Below are positions 52,013-61,529 of a DNA stretch of 64,000 bases, one piece after another. This stretch comes from Escherichia phage UP19. The stretch lies in sequence record OX638288. One strand, given 5' to 3'. The position numbers and the translations under genes were made by a program. The notes beneath the pieces were generated by a model. That model made no database searches and was not told the origin of the DNA. It was given only the letters and a program-made list of their open reading frames with translations. The stretch's first letter is position 1, and each line of letters opens with the position of its first letter.

Positions 52013-52222
52013 ATGTTAAATCGTTGGATTAAACCAAATAAAACTTTGGATGAAATTATCGCTAATCACGTATTGAAAAAGTACTTCTATACTCCTTGGT
52101 ATACCGAAGTTATTGTCCATTCATTTATGATGCATGAAGACGGTTCTATCGAATTTAATGCCGAAATCCGTCACGAGACTGATGATATTGATAAGGTCGA
52201 ATTTAAACGAGGTTTCCTATGA
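52013..52222 (+). CDS. hypothetical protein (69 aa)
   Basis: ORF track 51977..52222 trimmed to ATG after GAGGAGA. Confidence 0.5.
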   Translation: MLNRWIKPNKTLDEIIANHVLKKYFYTPWYTEVIVHSFMMHEDGSIEFNAEIRHETDDIDKVEFKRGFL

Positions 52223-52554
52223 TTCGTTGGCTTAAGAATTTTTTCAAGACCACTCCTGGTGAAGGTGTAGTTCCTATCTCAGGCCCGAAGGAATATGTTT
52301 ATGTAGGCGACGGTATGATGGAAGAAGTTATCCGTCAGCCTGAAAAAGCAGGCAATGTTGGGTCTCACGCTTCGAGCTTAAATGCCGACGAATTAAAAGC
52401 CCGTTTAGAAAAATTAAAAGACGAGCGAGCGCAAAGGCAAAATTATATTGATACCACTCCTATTGTAGTAGCGGCTGCCGTTAGTTCTTGGACCGGCGAT
52501 TCGTCTTATTCTGACTCAGGAAGCTGTGACTCATCGTCCGGCTCGTGTGATTAA
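52219..52554 (+). CDS. hypothetical protein with Ser/Cys/Asp-rich C-terminal tail (111 aa)
   Basis: ORF track; C-terminus SSYSDSGSCDSSSGSCD. Confidence 0.5.
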   Translation: MIRWLKNFFKTTPGEGVVPISGPKEYVYVGDGMMEEVIRQPEKAGNVGSHASSLNADELKARLEKLKDERAQRQNYIDTTPIVVAAAVSSWTGDSSYSDSGSCDSSSGSCD

Positions 52555-52754
52555 TGAAACCTTTATCATGGCTTAAAGATTGGCTAGACCGTCCCGGTGA
52601 TTATCTTGATGACGGTTGGTTAGACCAAGCTAATGCAGAAATGAAACGTGAATCCGAGGAATGGATTCTTAAAGGCATCCGTGACGAACGCGAAAAGAAA
52701 TTAGAACGCGAGGCCCTTAGGATTATGCGTGATATCTATGGGGATAAATCATGA
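52554..52754 (+). CDS. hypothetical protein (66 aa)
   Basis: ORF track. Confidence 0.45.
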   Translation: MKPLSWLKDWLDRPGDYLDDGWLDQANAEMKRESEEWILKGIRDEREKKLEREALRIMRDIYGDKS

Positions 52755-52918
52755 CTATTGAAGAAGCTGAAGCACGTACTAAAGAGGCAATGGATTTGCT
52801 TCTTAAAATTGGTAGTAAAATGATGGAAGAAAACGAGAAATACATCCAGGAAAATAAAATTCCGGACGGTCCTTTAGTAGGTAAACTAAAAAGAGGAAAA
52901 CATAATGAAAGTCTATGA
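52751..52918 (+). CDS. small protein (55 aa), below ORF-track cutoff
   Basis: translated by eye; overlaps preceding stop. Confidence 0.3.
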   Translation: MTIEEAEARTKEAMDLLLKIGSKMMEENEKYIQENKIPDGPLVGKLKRGKHNESL

Positions 52919-53396
52919 ACTCGAATTCCATGTACGTGATTCATCAGGCCAAACGCGTCCTTATGATGCTACGGCGTGTCTTATCTTTGTCGACAATGGT
53001 ATGAATTCTATAACCCAGTTAGAAACACGATTAAAAGATATTAAGCTGCCAGAAAATATTCTGATGAAGGCTTACCATAACAAAAATGTTGATGTCGCTG
53101 AGGGGTGCCCTTTTAGTGTGGCTCAAGCCTTGCATATCAAAGGCTATCGTTACCCGGCAGACCCGTATGCCGATGGAACAATGGATATTTTCTATAAAGA
53201 TAGAGATAGAATGGCTACTGAACGTCTTAAAGGTCGTACTTATCTGATTTCTACCGTCGAAGACCTGACGGAGGTAGAATGTCAGATTTGGAAACACTTT
53301 GATATTGGTTTGCGTTTTACCCCGACCGAAGAAGCTATTCGTGATGCTAAGTTACGAGCTCGTATGTATGGTTATGGTCCTATCGGTGGTTACTAA
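52905..53396 (+). CDS. hypothetical protein (163 aa)
   Basis: ORF track; GAGGAAA SD. Confidence 0.55.
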   Translation: MKVYELEFHVRDSSGQTRPYDATACLIFVDNGMNSITQLETRLKDIKLPENILMKAYHNKNVDVAEGCPFSVAQALHIKGYRYPADPYADGTMDIFYKDRDRMATERLKGRTYLISTVEDLTEVECQIWKHFDIGLRFTPTEEAIRDAKLRARMYGYGPIGGY

Positions 53397-53572
53397 TGGA
53401 CTTATTTGATATGTTCGATGCTCCTGAAACAACTCAGGAGCCGCCTATTGACCTTGTCAACGAACTTGATATGATTATACAGAAGCATGGTTTTAAGTTG
53501 CCTAAAGAGGTTCTTATTGACCTAGCTTCTTATTACTTAGACCCTCCACCATGGGCACCTTGGGTAAAATAA
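53396..53572 (+). CDS. small acidic protein (58 aa), below ORF-track cutoff
   Basis: translated by eye; TAATG overlap. Confidence 0.35.
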   Translation: MDLFDMFDAPETTQEPPIDLVNELDMIIQKHGFKLPKEVLIDLASYYLDPPPWAPWVK

Positions 53573-53805
53573 TGAATTGGCTAACTAATATACCTACATC
53601 GGCGTTGGATATCGACCGTAAACAAGCTCGTAAGGAAACCGAGCAAAAAAATATTCAGGCAAAAGCTCCTAAGATTGAAGCTGAGAAGCCAGAAACAAAA
53701 AGCTCTTATGAATCAAAAAGCTCCTATACTTCATATACCCAATCCTCATTAGGCATGGCTGCCGACATTGCAGTGTTTGGCGTCCCACTTGGTGTGTTTA
53801 AGTAG
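53572..53805 (+). CDS. hypothetical protein (77 aa)
   Basis: ORF track 53551..53805 trimmed to TAATG-overlap ATG. Confidence 0.45.
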   Translation: MNWLTNIPTSALDIDRKQARKETEQKNIQAKAPKIEAEKPETKSSYESKSSYTSYTQSSLGMAADIAVFGVPLGVFK

Positions 53806-53833
53806 TTTACACCCCCTCCCTTCATGTTATAAT
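53805..53833 (+). promoter_or_regulatory. T4-type early promoter (GTTTAC 53805-53810, TATAAT 53828-53833) followed by RBS hairpin TGACCTC/GAGGTCA
   Basis: 17-nt spacer; hairpin 53833-53856 overlaps the SD. Confidence 0.6.
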
Positions 53834-53857
53834 GACCTCTAAATCACTGGAGGTCAT

Positions 53858-54427
53858 ATGAACATCGAACAAAAATGTCTTTATCAAGACCGAATCAATT
53901 CTAAATTTTCAAAATCTGAACAAGCGTTATTAGAGAAATGTCTAGACGCCAAAAAAGACCCTAACTTCCATTACGACCTCGACAAACTGGTTCGCAAGCA
54001 TGTTACTTCAGCGGTTCCAGTAGAGTTGTATCGTGGGATTACCACCAGAGAACTTGAGCAATTAGAGCTCCTTTCAGTAGGGTATCAATGGTCTCCTGGT
54101 CGAGTTACTTCTTTTAGTACACAATACTCTCAGGCTCGTCAGTTCGCAGGGGCATGGGAGTATGGAACCAAAACCATTTTAAGTCTCAGGAATGCACCGT
54201 TCATTTTCGACTACTACAATCATGCTATCGACCTTGTTCTTGCAGGGAATGTGGATGAGCTTGAAATAGATGAATCTCGTATCGACCTCTATGATATGGT
54301 TGAAACTGAATGCGAGTTCATGGTCTCTAGTCTATCGCGATTTGAGATTGTTGCAATCGAAACCGTCAAAAGGGATCCATACGAAATCGAGTATAAAACA
54401 ATTCATTTAAAAATGTTAGATTTTTAG
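53858..54427 (+). CDS. ADP-ribosyltransferase, Mod-type (ModB-like by position), 189 aa
   Basis: R-S-E-type motifs LYRGIT, SFSTQYS, ECEF; paralogue of next gene; position between soc and srd as for T4 mod genes. Confidence 0.65.
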   Translation: MNIEQKCLYQDRINSKFSKSEQALLEKCLDAKKDPNFHYDLDKLVRKHVTSAVPVELYRGITTRELEQLELLSVGYQWSPGRVTSFSTQYSQARQFAGAWEYGTKTILSLRNAPFIFDYYNHAIDLVLAGNVDELEIDESRIDLYDMVETECEFMVSSLSRFEIVAIETVKRDPYEIEYKTIHLKMLDF

Positions 54428-54456
54428 TTTACAGGCAAGGAAGCTTGTGGTACTAT
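54427..54456 (+). promoter_or_regulatory. T4-type early promoter (GTTTAC 54427-54432, TACTAT 54451-54456)
   Basis: 18-nt spacer. Confidence 0.55.
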
Positions 54457-54481
54457 CTTTCTATCAACTGAGGAGAATAAT

Positions 54482-55096
54482 ATGTTATATCCAAGCCATA
54501 AATTAGCAGAATTTATCAACAATGTCAAATGCGATGATTTCCGTGAGAATACCCAGATAGAAATTGATGAGGTGTATTCTGATTTAGAACAGAGCACGCT
54601 CTGGCAGTGTATGGAAAATAAACCTGATTCTATCCAGGAAACTCTGAACAAAATTATTCGTAAGAACCTGACTTCTGTAGTGCCTGATAAGCTCTATCGC
54701 GGTATATCTAAAAAGACCCTGAAGTATCTAGAGTCCACAATGTGTGTGGGTGCGGTAATTGAATTCGACCGTGTGATGAGCTTCTCTAAAGACTTCAACG
54801 TAGCAAGGAATTTCGCATCTTATAACTTCTACGGCACATTTAATATCTTTTGTATTAATGATGCGCCATTTGTGTACAATTATCAGGAAGAAATCTTTAA
54901 AATGTTATGTGCTGCGCCCCCTGAAGAGTTCCCAGGCGCATTTCCTGAATCTACACGTGTAGCAAACTTACAATTAATTAATGATGAAGATGAGATGATG
55001 TTCCCTGCGGGAACTACGCTGCGCGTAGACTCTATTGAGAGAAATCCTAAATGGAATAATTACACCATTTGGAATCTTTCCGTTCTTTCTTACTGA
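54482..55096 (+). CDS. ADP-ribosyltransferase, Mod-type (ModA-like by position), 204 aa
   Basis: LYRGIS motif; paralogue of 53858..54427. Confidence 0.65.
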   Translation: MLYPSHKLAEFINNVKCDDFRENTQIEIDEVYSDLEQSTLWQCMENKPDSIQETLNKIIRKNLTSVVPDKLYRGISKKTLKYLESTMCVGAVIEFDRVMSFSKDFNVARNFASYNFYGTFNIFCINDAPFVYNYQEEIFKMLCAAPPEEFPGAFPESTRVANLQLINDEDEMMFPAGTTLRVDSIERNPKWNNYTIWNLSVLSY

Positions 55097-55165
55097 ACCA
55101 CCCGGTTTAATTGAAAGGCAAAGTCCTTGATTCATTATACCGTTGAAAATTTAAAGCAAAAAAGT

Positions 55166-55194
55166 GTTTACTTTATCAAGCAACATGATACTAT
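55166..55194 (+). promoter_or_regulatory. T4-type early promoter (GTTTAC 55166-55171, TACTAT 55189-55194)
   Basis: 17-nt spacer; followed by 'tatagacctatcaa'. Confidence 0.6.
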
Positions 55195-55234
55195 AGACCT
55201 ATCAACTAATCGTCCGTAAGATGAGAAAAATATC

Positions 55235-55984
55235 ATGCCTACTATTAAAACTAACGATGAATTTGAGTTAAAGGTTTACAACCGCCGCAAACACACCAAA
55301 GCTTCTGCTTATAAACGTGGTAAGGACTTCAATCTGTCTAGTAAATATGTTCGTAGACTTCTCGAACAAAAAGTGTGCGCTTATTCAGGCGAGTACTTTG
55401 ATGAAAATTCAGTTAATGATAAGATTTCATTTGAACGTTTTAACAACGATATCGGCTATATTGAGGGTAATGTAATCCCAGTTAAAGTTAAGTATAACAG
55501 CTTACGTGCCGATTTGTCCCTTGATGAACTGAAACGTGCTCAGACTCGTTTAGCAGTTCGTATTTCAGGTAGTTCTAAAATGCCTAATAGTTTTAAAGTT
55601 ACCCCTGATAATTATTATAAAATCCGTAAAATCGTTAAAAATATAAAAGATACCCAAAGAGGTCTTAAAAAACGTGAAAAACGTCTTAAAGACCTTATTA
55701 AATCAGGAGCTACTGATAAGACTCCTTCTGTTATCGCAGTTAAGGCCTGTATCCACGGTTCTAATGCTTCAATCGGTACTATGGAAAAAGGTCTTAAATC
55801 TTTAATTGGTGGACCTGACTGGCGTGTCAAGTTTAAATTGTCTGAAGCAGAAACGCGTTACGATATGTATGATAAAATTATTCAAGGTCTGGAGCGTTTA
55901 GAACACCTTTCTTTTATTGACAAATTGAAGTTGAAAAAAGGTCTTCCGCTGAATGCTTCAATTTTTTCACTGATTAGAGGTTAA
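55235..55984 (+). CDS. srd: Srd-like protein by position (249 aa)
   Basis: size and position between mod genes and dda as in T4; sequence identity not verified. Confidence 0.5.
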   Translation: MPTIKTNDEFELKVYNRRKHTKASAYKRGKDFNLSSKYVRRLLEQKVCAYSGEYFDENSVNDKISFERFNNDIGYIEGNVIPVKVKYNSLRADLSLDELKRAQTRLAVRISGSSKMPNSFKVTPDNYYKIRKIVKNIKDTQRGLKKREKRLKDLIKSGATDKTPSVIAVKACIHGSNASIGTMEKGLKSLIGGPDWRVKFKLSEAETRYDMYDKIIQGLERLEHLSFIDKLKLKKGLPLNASIFSLIRG

Positions 55985-55988
55985 CGTG

Positions 55989-56285
55989 ATGTACTATGCA
56001 TACGTATTGGTTCACAAGGACAAAGACGGGTATGAAATTCCGTTAGAAGATGCCGGTGAAGTGACTTTGTATTCGACAAAGATTGGGGCTGACACTGCTT
56101 TAGAGGCTTATGAAATCTCAACAAAAAGATATCTTCGGCTTGGACGCCTTGAAACAGTGTGCACGCCAAGAAAGTGGTGGTTTGATAAGTGGGAAACTAA
56201 AACAGTTTTTCCTACCAAAGAACGGGCCCGAGAATTAAAATTGATTTTAGACACTTTATATGTTAAGCGAGTAAAATTGGCATGA
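55989..56285 (+). CDS. hypothetical protein (98 aa)
   Basis: ORF track 55986..56285 (GTG) trimmed to adjacent ATG. Confidence 0.5.
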   Translation: MYYAYVLVHKDKDGYEIPLEDAGEVTLYSTKIGADTALEAYEISTKRYLRLGRLETVCTPRKWWFDKWETKTVFPTKERARELKLILDTLYVKRVKLA

Positions 56286-57613
56286 TTACATTTGAAGACT
56301 TGAATATTGGGCAACGGACGGCCTTTAAAGAAATCATTGAAGCTATTAAACGACGTAAGGGCGAATGGATTACATTGAATGGTCCTGCGGGTACAGGTAA
56401 AACGACCCTTACTAAATTTATCCTTGACCACTTAGTCAAGAATGGCGAACTCGGAGTTATTTTGACCGCACCTACACACGCGGCCAAGAAGGTATTGTCG
56501 AAACTCGCAGGCCAAGAAGCATCGACAATCCACCGAATCTTAAAGATTAACCCGACTACATACGAAGACCAGGATATTTTTGAACAACGTGAAGCTCCTG
56601 ACTTGAGCAAATGTAATGTTCTTGTGGTCGACGAAGGCTCAATGATTGACGGCAAGCTGTTTAAGATTATCGAAGCTTCGGTTCCACCATGGTGCACTGT
56701 ACTAGGGATTGGCGACCGAGCACAGTTACAACCTGTAGAACCAGGAAGTGATGGAAGCCCTCAGTTGTCTCCATTCTTTACTCATCCTAAAATTAAACAG
56801 CTGCACCTTACTGAAGTAATGCGTAGTAATGCTCCCATCATTGAGGTTGCTACTGAAATCCGTAATGGTGGATGGTTCCGAGATTGTATATTCGAAGGTC
56901 ACGGTGTCCATGGTTTTAAATCTCAAACGGCTTTAAAAGATTTTATGATGAATTATTTTTCCATCGTAAAAGATGCCGATGCCTTGTTTGAGAATAGGAT
57001 GTTTGCTTATACAAATAAATCAGTTGAAAAACTGAATAGTATTATTCGTAAAAAGCTTTATGAAACCGATGCGCCTTATATCAAGGGCGAAATCCTCGTG
57101 ATGCAAGAGCCTTTTATTAAGGAACTTGAATACGACGGTAAGAAATTCTCTGAAACCATTTTTAATAACGGCCAGATGGTTCGTATTTTAGATGTGAACC
57201 ACACCTCATTGTTTTTGTCTGCCAAGGATGTAGGCACTCGCCAGATGATTAATTACTGGGACCTCCAGGTTGAATCTGTTGATGAGGATGACGAGTACTA
57301 TGTAGAACACTTGAAAGTTATTGATGAGGCTTCAGTTGAGAAGTTCCATTATTTCTTGGCTAAGGTGGCTACTGAGTACAAGGCTATGCGTGGAACTGGT
57401 AAGAAACCTAAGTGGGCTGATTTCTGGAAAGCTAAGCGAATGTTCACTAAGGTTCGAGCTCTTCCGGTGAGCACTGTTCATAAATCACAGGGTCTTACTG
57501 TCCAAAACAGTTTCATCTATACTCCGTGCATGCACATGGCAGATGCCAATTTAGCTTCACAGCTGGCTTATGTTAGTATTACCCGTGCTCGTACTGATGC
57601 CTATTATGTTTGA
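56282..57613 (+). CDS. dda: Dda DNA helicase (SF1), 443 aa
   Basis: Walker A GPAGTGKTT; LTAPTHAAKK; matches T4 Dda as recalled. Confidence 0.93.
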   Translation: MITFEDLNIGQRTAFKEIIEAIKRRKGEWITLNGPAGTGKTTLTKFILDHLVKNGELGVILTAPTHAAKKVLSKLAGQEASTIHRILKINPTTYEDQDIFEQREAPDLSKCNVLVVDEGSMIDGKLFKIIEASVPPWCTVLGIGDRAQLQPVEPGSDGSPQLSPFFTHPKIKQLHLTEVMRSNAPIIEVATEIRNGGWFRDCIFEGHGVHGFKSQTALKDFMMNYFSIVKDADALFENRMFAYTNKSVEKLNSIIRKKLYETDAPYIKGEILVMQEPFIKELEYDGKKFSETIFNNGQMVRILDVNHTSLFLSAKDVGTRQMINYWDLQVESVDEDDEYYVEHLKVIDEASVEKFHYFLAKVATEYKAMRGTGKKPKWADFWKAKRMFTKVRALPVSTVHKSQGLTVQNSFIYTPCMHMADANLASQLAYVSITRARTDAYYV

Positions 57614-57620
57614 GGAAAAT

Positions 57621-57860
57621 ATGATTAAAGTAACTAAAGACCAATTTTATAAGTTGAAATTCGAGACGGAATATATTATTAAGGTCAACCCAGACGATAC
57701 AAATATCCGTGGCAAGGCTCATAAGGTCTTGCATTCACTTAAAGAGATTGAAAGTGATTTTATTGCAGTGCAAAAACTGATGGACGACAATATCTCTTCG
57801 GTTTATATTGAAGACTATACTGTTGGCCAAATCCGAGACCTTATGAGGTACGTTAAATGA
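57621..57860 (+). CDS. hypothetical protein (79 aa)
   Basis: ORF track 57570..57860 trimmed to ATG after GAGGAAA. Confidence 0.5.
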   Translation: MIKVTKDQFYKLKFETEYIIKVNPDDTNIRGKAHKVLHSLKEIESDFIAVQKLMDDNISSVYIEDYTVGQIRDLMRYVK

Positions 57861-58531
57861 AAGATATAATTATTGACTTCGAAACCTTTGCCACTACCCA
57901 AAATGCAGCAGTTATAGACCTCGCCGTAATTGCTTATGACCCCAATCCAGAGGTAGTAGAATCGTTTGAAGAGCTTACTCAACGCGGCCTTCGTATTAAA
58001 TTCGATTTGGCTTCTCAACGCGATAAACGTCTGTTCTCTAAAAGCACATTGCAGTGGTGGAAAGAACAAGGACCTGAAGCACGTAAAAACCTGGCTCCGT
58101 CCGAAATTGATGTGAGTACTTCTATCGGCATTGGTAATTTCCTGGAATACTGCCGTAAAAACGAAGTGGACCAATGGAAATCGCAGATGTGGTGCCGTGG
58201 GATGTCCTTTGACTTTCCAATCTTAGTGGACCTTATTCGCGATGCTTATCGTTCTGAAGGTGTTCCTGAGAACGAAATCGATACCACTAAGTTGGAACCG
58301 GTTAAATTCTGGAACCAACGTGATATCCGCACGGCCATTGAAGCCTATTCACTGACGCGTGGATTAAGCATGTGCCCTCTGCCTAACGGAACATTGAATG
58401 GCTTTGTAGCCCATGACTCTATCCATGACTGTGCTAAGGATATCTTGATGCTGAAATATGCCCAACGATATGCTTTAAACCTGGAAGATGTTCCTGAGAA
58501 TCCAGACCCATTAAGTGTAAAAAATCGATAA
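57857..58531 (+). CDS. dexA: exonuclease A DexA (DEDDh 3'-5' exonuclease), 224 aa
   Basis: IIDFETF exonuclease motif; position next to dda as in T4. Confidence 0.85.
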   Translation: MKDIIIDFETFATTQNAAVIDLAVIAYDPNPEVVESFEELTQRGLRIKFDLASQRDKRLFSKSTLQWWKEQGPEARKNLAPSEIDVSTSIGIGNFLEYCRKNEVDQWKSQMWCRGMSFDFPILVDLIRDAYRSEGVPENEIDTTKLEPVKFWNQRDIRTAIEAYSLTRGLSMCPLPNGTLNGFVAHDSIHDCAKDILMLKYAQRYALNLEDVPENPDPLSVKNR

Positions 58532-58535
58532 AAGT

Positions 58536-58564
58536 GTTTACTTCTCCTCATGACATGATATTAT
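58536..58564 (+). promoter_or_regulatory. T4-type early promoter (GTTTAC 58536-58541, TATTAT 58559-58564) within 10-bp inverted repeat TCTCCTCATG/CATGAGGAGA
   Basis: arms 58543-58552 and 58577-58586, the latter covering the SD. Confidence 0.6.
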
Positions 58565-58591
58565 CTACCCTATCAACATGAGGAGAACAAA

Positions 58592-59101
58592 ATGAAAATT
58601 TATCGAGTTGAGTCATCGTTCAGTATCTTAGATGATGGAAACGCTATCACAATACGACGAGACCTCTGTACCCAAATGACCCCGTATAGAAGTACAACAG
58701 ACTCATGGAGTGAAGGCTGGTTATTAGAAGTAGGTTTAGACAGACCTATTTTTAGACATCATCATAGCATTAATAAAAATATCCCACTACCAAGTCAAGA
58801 TAAGTTGCTGGTAGAAAATTCTAATAAAACCATTAGAACTAAGTGGAAACGGCCTGATTATGAAGGCTGCGACGATTATATTCCAGGCTGGTTTGTTAAC
58901 CTCTACCATTTTGCTTTTGCCAGTGAGTATGATATGATGCGCTGGTTCACTCGTGAAGAGCGTAAAGAATTATCTTCTAAAGGATTCTATCTTGCTGTTT
59001 ACGAAATACCAGAAGATGAGGTTGTCATCGGTGGCCGCCAAGTAATGTTCCGCAAATCTTATGCCGAACTCGTAGATTTTATTGAATTGAGAACAATATG
59101 A
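58592..59101 (+). CDS. hypothetical protein (169 aa)
   Basis: ORF track. Confidence 0.55.
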   Translation: MKIYRVESSFSILDDGNAITIRRDLCTQMTPYRSTTDSWSEGWLLEVGLDRPIFRHHHSINKNIPLPSQDKLLVENSNKTIRTKWKRPDYEGCDDYIPGWFVNLYHFAFASEYDMMRWFTREERKELSSKGFYLAVYEIPEDEVVIGGRQVMFRKSYAELVDFIELRTI

Positions 59102-59646
59102 AATTTAATTACAACCCTAAATATACCCCGAATCCGGCAGCTAAACTGATTGATTTTGATGTTTTAAGCACTTATGTATGCCCTGTTAAACCACTGGAAA
59201 TTAAGGAAACCACTATGACTACTCAGACTATCGAAATCGGCAAAACCTACAAACTGGTTGAACCTGAAATTAAAATTAAGGCCTTGATTTCTGGTTATAA
59301 AACTCTGACTGATGTTTTTGGCGAAGGCGAATTTATTGTTGAAGAATTCGCCAAAAGTGAGTGGTTTGACAAATCTTACGTCATCCACGGCCGCCGGTTA
59401 GATAATAACAAAATAGAGAAAAACCTGGTTTATGAAGATGAGTTCATCCTGTTCCAAGAAGTTGAAGAACAAGGCCCTACCGACCTGTTGTGTGCTGCTG
59501 TGGCTATCCGTCGTCCTTTTGATAATCCTATCTGTGGTTGGGTAACAGACCAGTGGATTGAAGATGGTGTTGAACTCCTGAACGTTGTACATGCTGGTGA
59601 TTTTAGCATAGTACCTCGTAGTGCAGTGGTTAATGTATTGAATTAA
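59098..59646 (+). CDS. hypothetical protein (182 aa); paralogue of 59720..60271
   Basis: shared C-terminal motif TDQW(I/V)E.GV.L.N(V/I)V. Confidence 0.55.
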   Translation: MKFNYNPKYTPNPAAKLIDFDVLSTYVCPVKPLEIKETTMTTQTIEIGKTYKLVEPEIKIKALISGYKTLTDVFGEGEFIVEEFAKSEWFDKSYVIHGRRLDNNKIEKNLVYEDEFILFQEVEEQGPTDLLCAAVAIRRPFDNPICGWVTDQWIEDGVELLNVVHAGDFSIVPRSAVVNVLN

Positions 59647-59648
59647 TA

Positions 59649-59677
59649 GTTTACTTTATCGAGAGCCATGTTATAAT
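59649..59677 (+). promoter_or_regulatory. T4-type early promoter (GTTTAC 59649-59654, TATAAT 59672-59677) with -10 inside hairpin AGAGCCAT/ATGGCTCT
   Basis: 17-nt spacer; hairpin 59662-59683 has the -10 hexamer in its loop. Confidence 0.6.
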
Positions 59678-59719
59678 GGCTCTTATGGATTATAATCCTT
59701 TAACCAAGAGAGAAAAATT

Positions 59720-60271
59720 ATGATTACTATCGGTGAAATTGTTCGTGTATCCAAAGAATCTCGCTCAAAAGCCGCAGGTCGTTTTGTTGAAGTTGCAGGT
59801 ATTCGTACCAATTTAGTAGGTGGAATTAAAGAAGTTAAAGTGCGTATTATTCCTAAAAATGGCCAGACCGAAACCGAATTTGCTTATGTTCGCCCTAAAT
59901 TTTTAAAATCGACTGAATTTACCGGATACATCGCTCCTGTAGTTGAAGAAGTTGAATCCCATGATGGGTATGTATGTGAAAGCAATGATATCCGTGGCGT
60001 AGTAGCTCAAGACGTTGAAACTATTGACCAATCTCATGTCGGCGTTGATTTCAAATGGAAATTAGGTCGAGGAGTGTGTTTTAATACTCCTAAACCGTTC
60101 AAATATGTTGACGAACCTTTTGGTACTTACGAAACCAGTAGCATGTCTGGTTACATCACAGACCAGTGGGTTGAAGGTGGCGTTAAGCTCTATAACATCG
60201 TGTTCCTTGGAACCTTTAAGGTTGTTCCTGAAAGCTTTATTGTTGAATATGCTAACATTCACCGTGCATAA
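59720..60271 (+). CDS. hypothetical protein (183 aa); paralogue of 59098..59646
   Basis: ORF track; shared C-terminal motif. Confidence 0.55.
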   Translation: MITIGEIVRVSKESRSKAAGRFVEVAGIRTNLVGGIKEVKVRIIPKNGQTETEFAYVRPKFLKSTEFTGYIAPVVEEVESHDGYVCESNDIRGVVAQDVETIDQSHVGVDFKWKLGRGVCFNTPKPFKYVDEPFGTYETSSMSGYITDQWVEGGVKLYNIVFLGTFKVVPESFIVEYANIHRA

Positions 60272-60284
60272 AGTTTAAAAAACA

Positions 60285-60320
60285 GTATACAATACGGTAG
60301 GGTAGTGATAAGATTACCCT
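60285..60320 (+). promoter_or_regulatory. early-promoter-like cassette (GTATAC) with hairpin AGGGTA/TACCCT; duplicate of cassette at 3479
   Basis: downstream leader matches 3517-3547. Confidence 0.4.
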
Positions 60321-60352
60321 ATCAAAACAAATGAGTGAAATGGAGAATAAAA

Positions 60353-60421
60353 ATGTTTGCACCTTATATTATGATTGCAGTTATCGTTATCTGTCTGTAT
60401 CTTTTAATTAAAGCTTGTTAA
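60353..60421 (+). CDS. tiny hydrophobic peptide (22 aa), speculative
   Basis: translated by eye; ATG after GGAGA in duplicated leader. Confidence 0.25.
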   Translation: MFAPYIMIAVIVICLYLLIKAC

Positions 60422-60432
60422 GGAGATTTAAA

Positions 60433-60654
60433 ATGACTACTAAAATCACTGCAAACTCGACTCGTGAAGAATTTGAAGATGTTCTGTTCAACCCTGATTT
60501 AATCGTGGTTCAAAAGGAACATTCTGATACGTTTTCTCATTTATCGTCGGTTTATGTATACGAAAATCAAGGTGATAAAAACCCTATCTATGCAGTGTTC
60601 CGTGAAATCACTGCTGAAGGCACCGACTTCTGGAAGGAAACTTACAATGCTTAA
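60433..60654 (+). CDS. hypothetical protein (73 aa)
   Basis: ORF track 60415..60654 trimmed to ATG after GGAG. Confidence 0.5.
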   Translation: MTTKITANSTREEFEDVLFNPDLIVVQKEHSDTFSHLSSVYVYENQGDKNPIYAVFREITAEGTDFWKETYNA

Positions 60655-61084
60655 TCAAGAACTCGAATTTGAAAAGGGTAAATGGTACTATTTTAAAGAT
60701 GATGCTGCAGAAGCTGAATTCCGTAAGCTGAATTCCCATAATATTAGGACTCCTAATAATTCTTCTATAGCAGATATTATTGTCAATTCTGAAGGTTTTT
60801 GCCCTGTTAGAGTAACGGCTGGATATGTATTTAATGCAGACTTGGCTTATGGCGATAACATTGATATGGTTTTATATCCAAGCGAGCGTAAATTCTTTAC
60901 GGAAATGGTTGTAGTTGACAGTGAAGACGAATGGGCCGAAGATGGTTTTTCTGAAGACGAAGACCAGTCTGAAGACGCGGCCCCATCTGAACCGAGTGAT
61001 TTCCCTTTGACTAAAATCACTATCTCCAATAATTCTGAAGCCTGGACCGTTTACCAGATGTTGAAAGCCCACTTTAAGGAATAA
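60647..61084 (+). CDS. hypothetical protein with acidic C-terminal region (145 aa)
   Basis: ORF track 60554..61084 trimmed to ATG. Confidence 0.5.
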   Translation: MLNQELEFEKGKWYYFKDDAAEAEFRKLNSHNIRTPNNSSIADIIVNSEGFCPVRVTAGYVFNADLAYGDNIDMVLYPSERKFFTEMVVVDSEDEWAEDGFSEDEDQSEDAAPSEPSDFPLTKITISNNSEAWTVYQMLKAHFKE

Positions 61085-61085
61085 T

Positions 61086-61262
61086 ATGCCACTTTATGAT
61101 TACAAATGCCAATCCGAAGACTGTGCAAAAGAATACGAAAAAATCAAGAAAATCTCTGAAAGAGATAATGATGTTTGCCCTGATTGCCATCGGCTGGCTG
61201 TTCGGTTAGTTTCAGCTCCTAAACATGTTAACGGCGGGTTCTATGACCTGCTAACTAAGTGA
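61086..61262 (+). CDS. FmdB-like zinc-ribbon protein (58 aa), below ORF-track cutoff
   Basis: translated by eye; MPLYDYKC...C...CPDC. Confidence 0.45.
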   Translation: MPLYDYKCQSEDCAKEYEKIKKISERDNDVCPDCHRLAVRLVSAPKHVNGGFYDLLTK

Positions 61263-61268
61263 GAAATT

Positions 61269-61529
61269 ATGAAATATGTTAATCGTTCTATTGCAGCTCT
61301 TGTACTAGCAGTTTCGTTGGTTGGTTGTACTGATGCCGATAATGCTACCCGTGTATTGGATGCAAATGGCTACGAACAAATCCAAATCACAGGATACAAC
61401 TTATTTGGCTGTTCTGAAGATGATTTCCAACGTACAGGCTTTATTGCTGTAGGGCCGACAGGTAAAAGGGTTGAAGGAACAGTTTGTTCTGGGTTATTCT
61501 TTAAAAAGTCAACCATTCGATTTGATTAA
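61269..61529 (+). CDS. lipoprotein (86 aa)
   Basis: signal peptide with lipobox LVGC. Confidence 0.55.
   Translation: MKYVNRSIAALVLAVSLVGCTDADNATRVLDANGYEQIQITGYNLFGCSEDDFQRTGFIAVGPTGKRVEGTVCSGLFFKKSTIRFD

Noticed and set aside
56263-56697. 144-aa minus-strand ORF
   Set aside because: Antisense to the well-supported dda helicase gene; shadow ORF.
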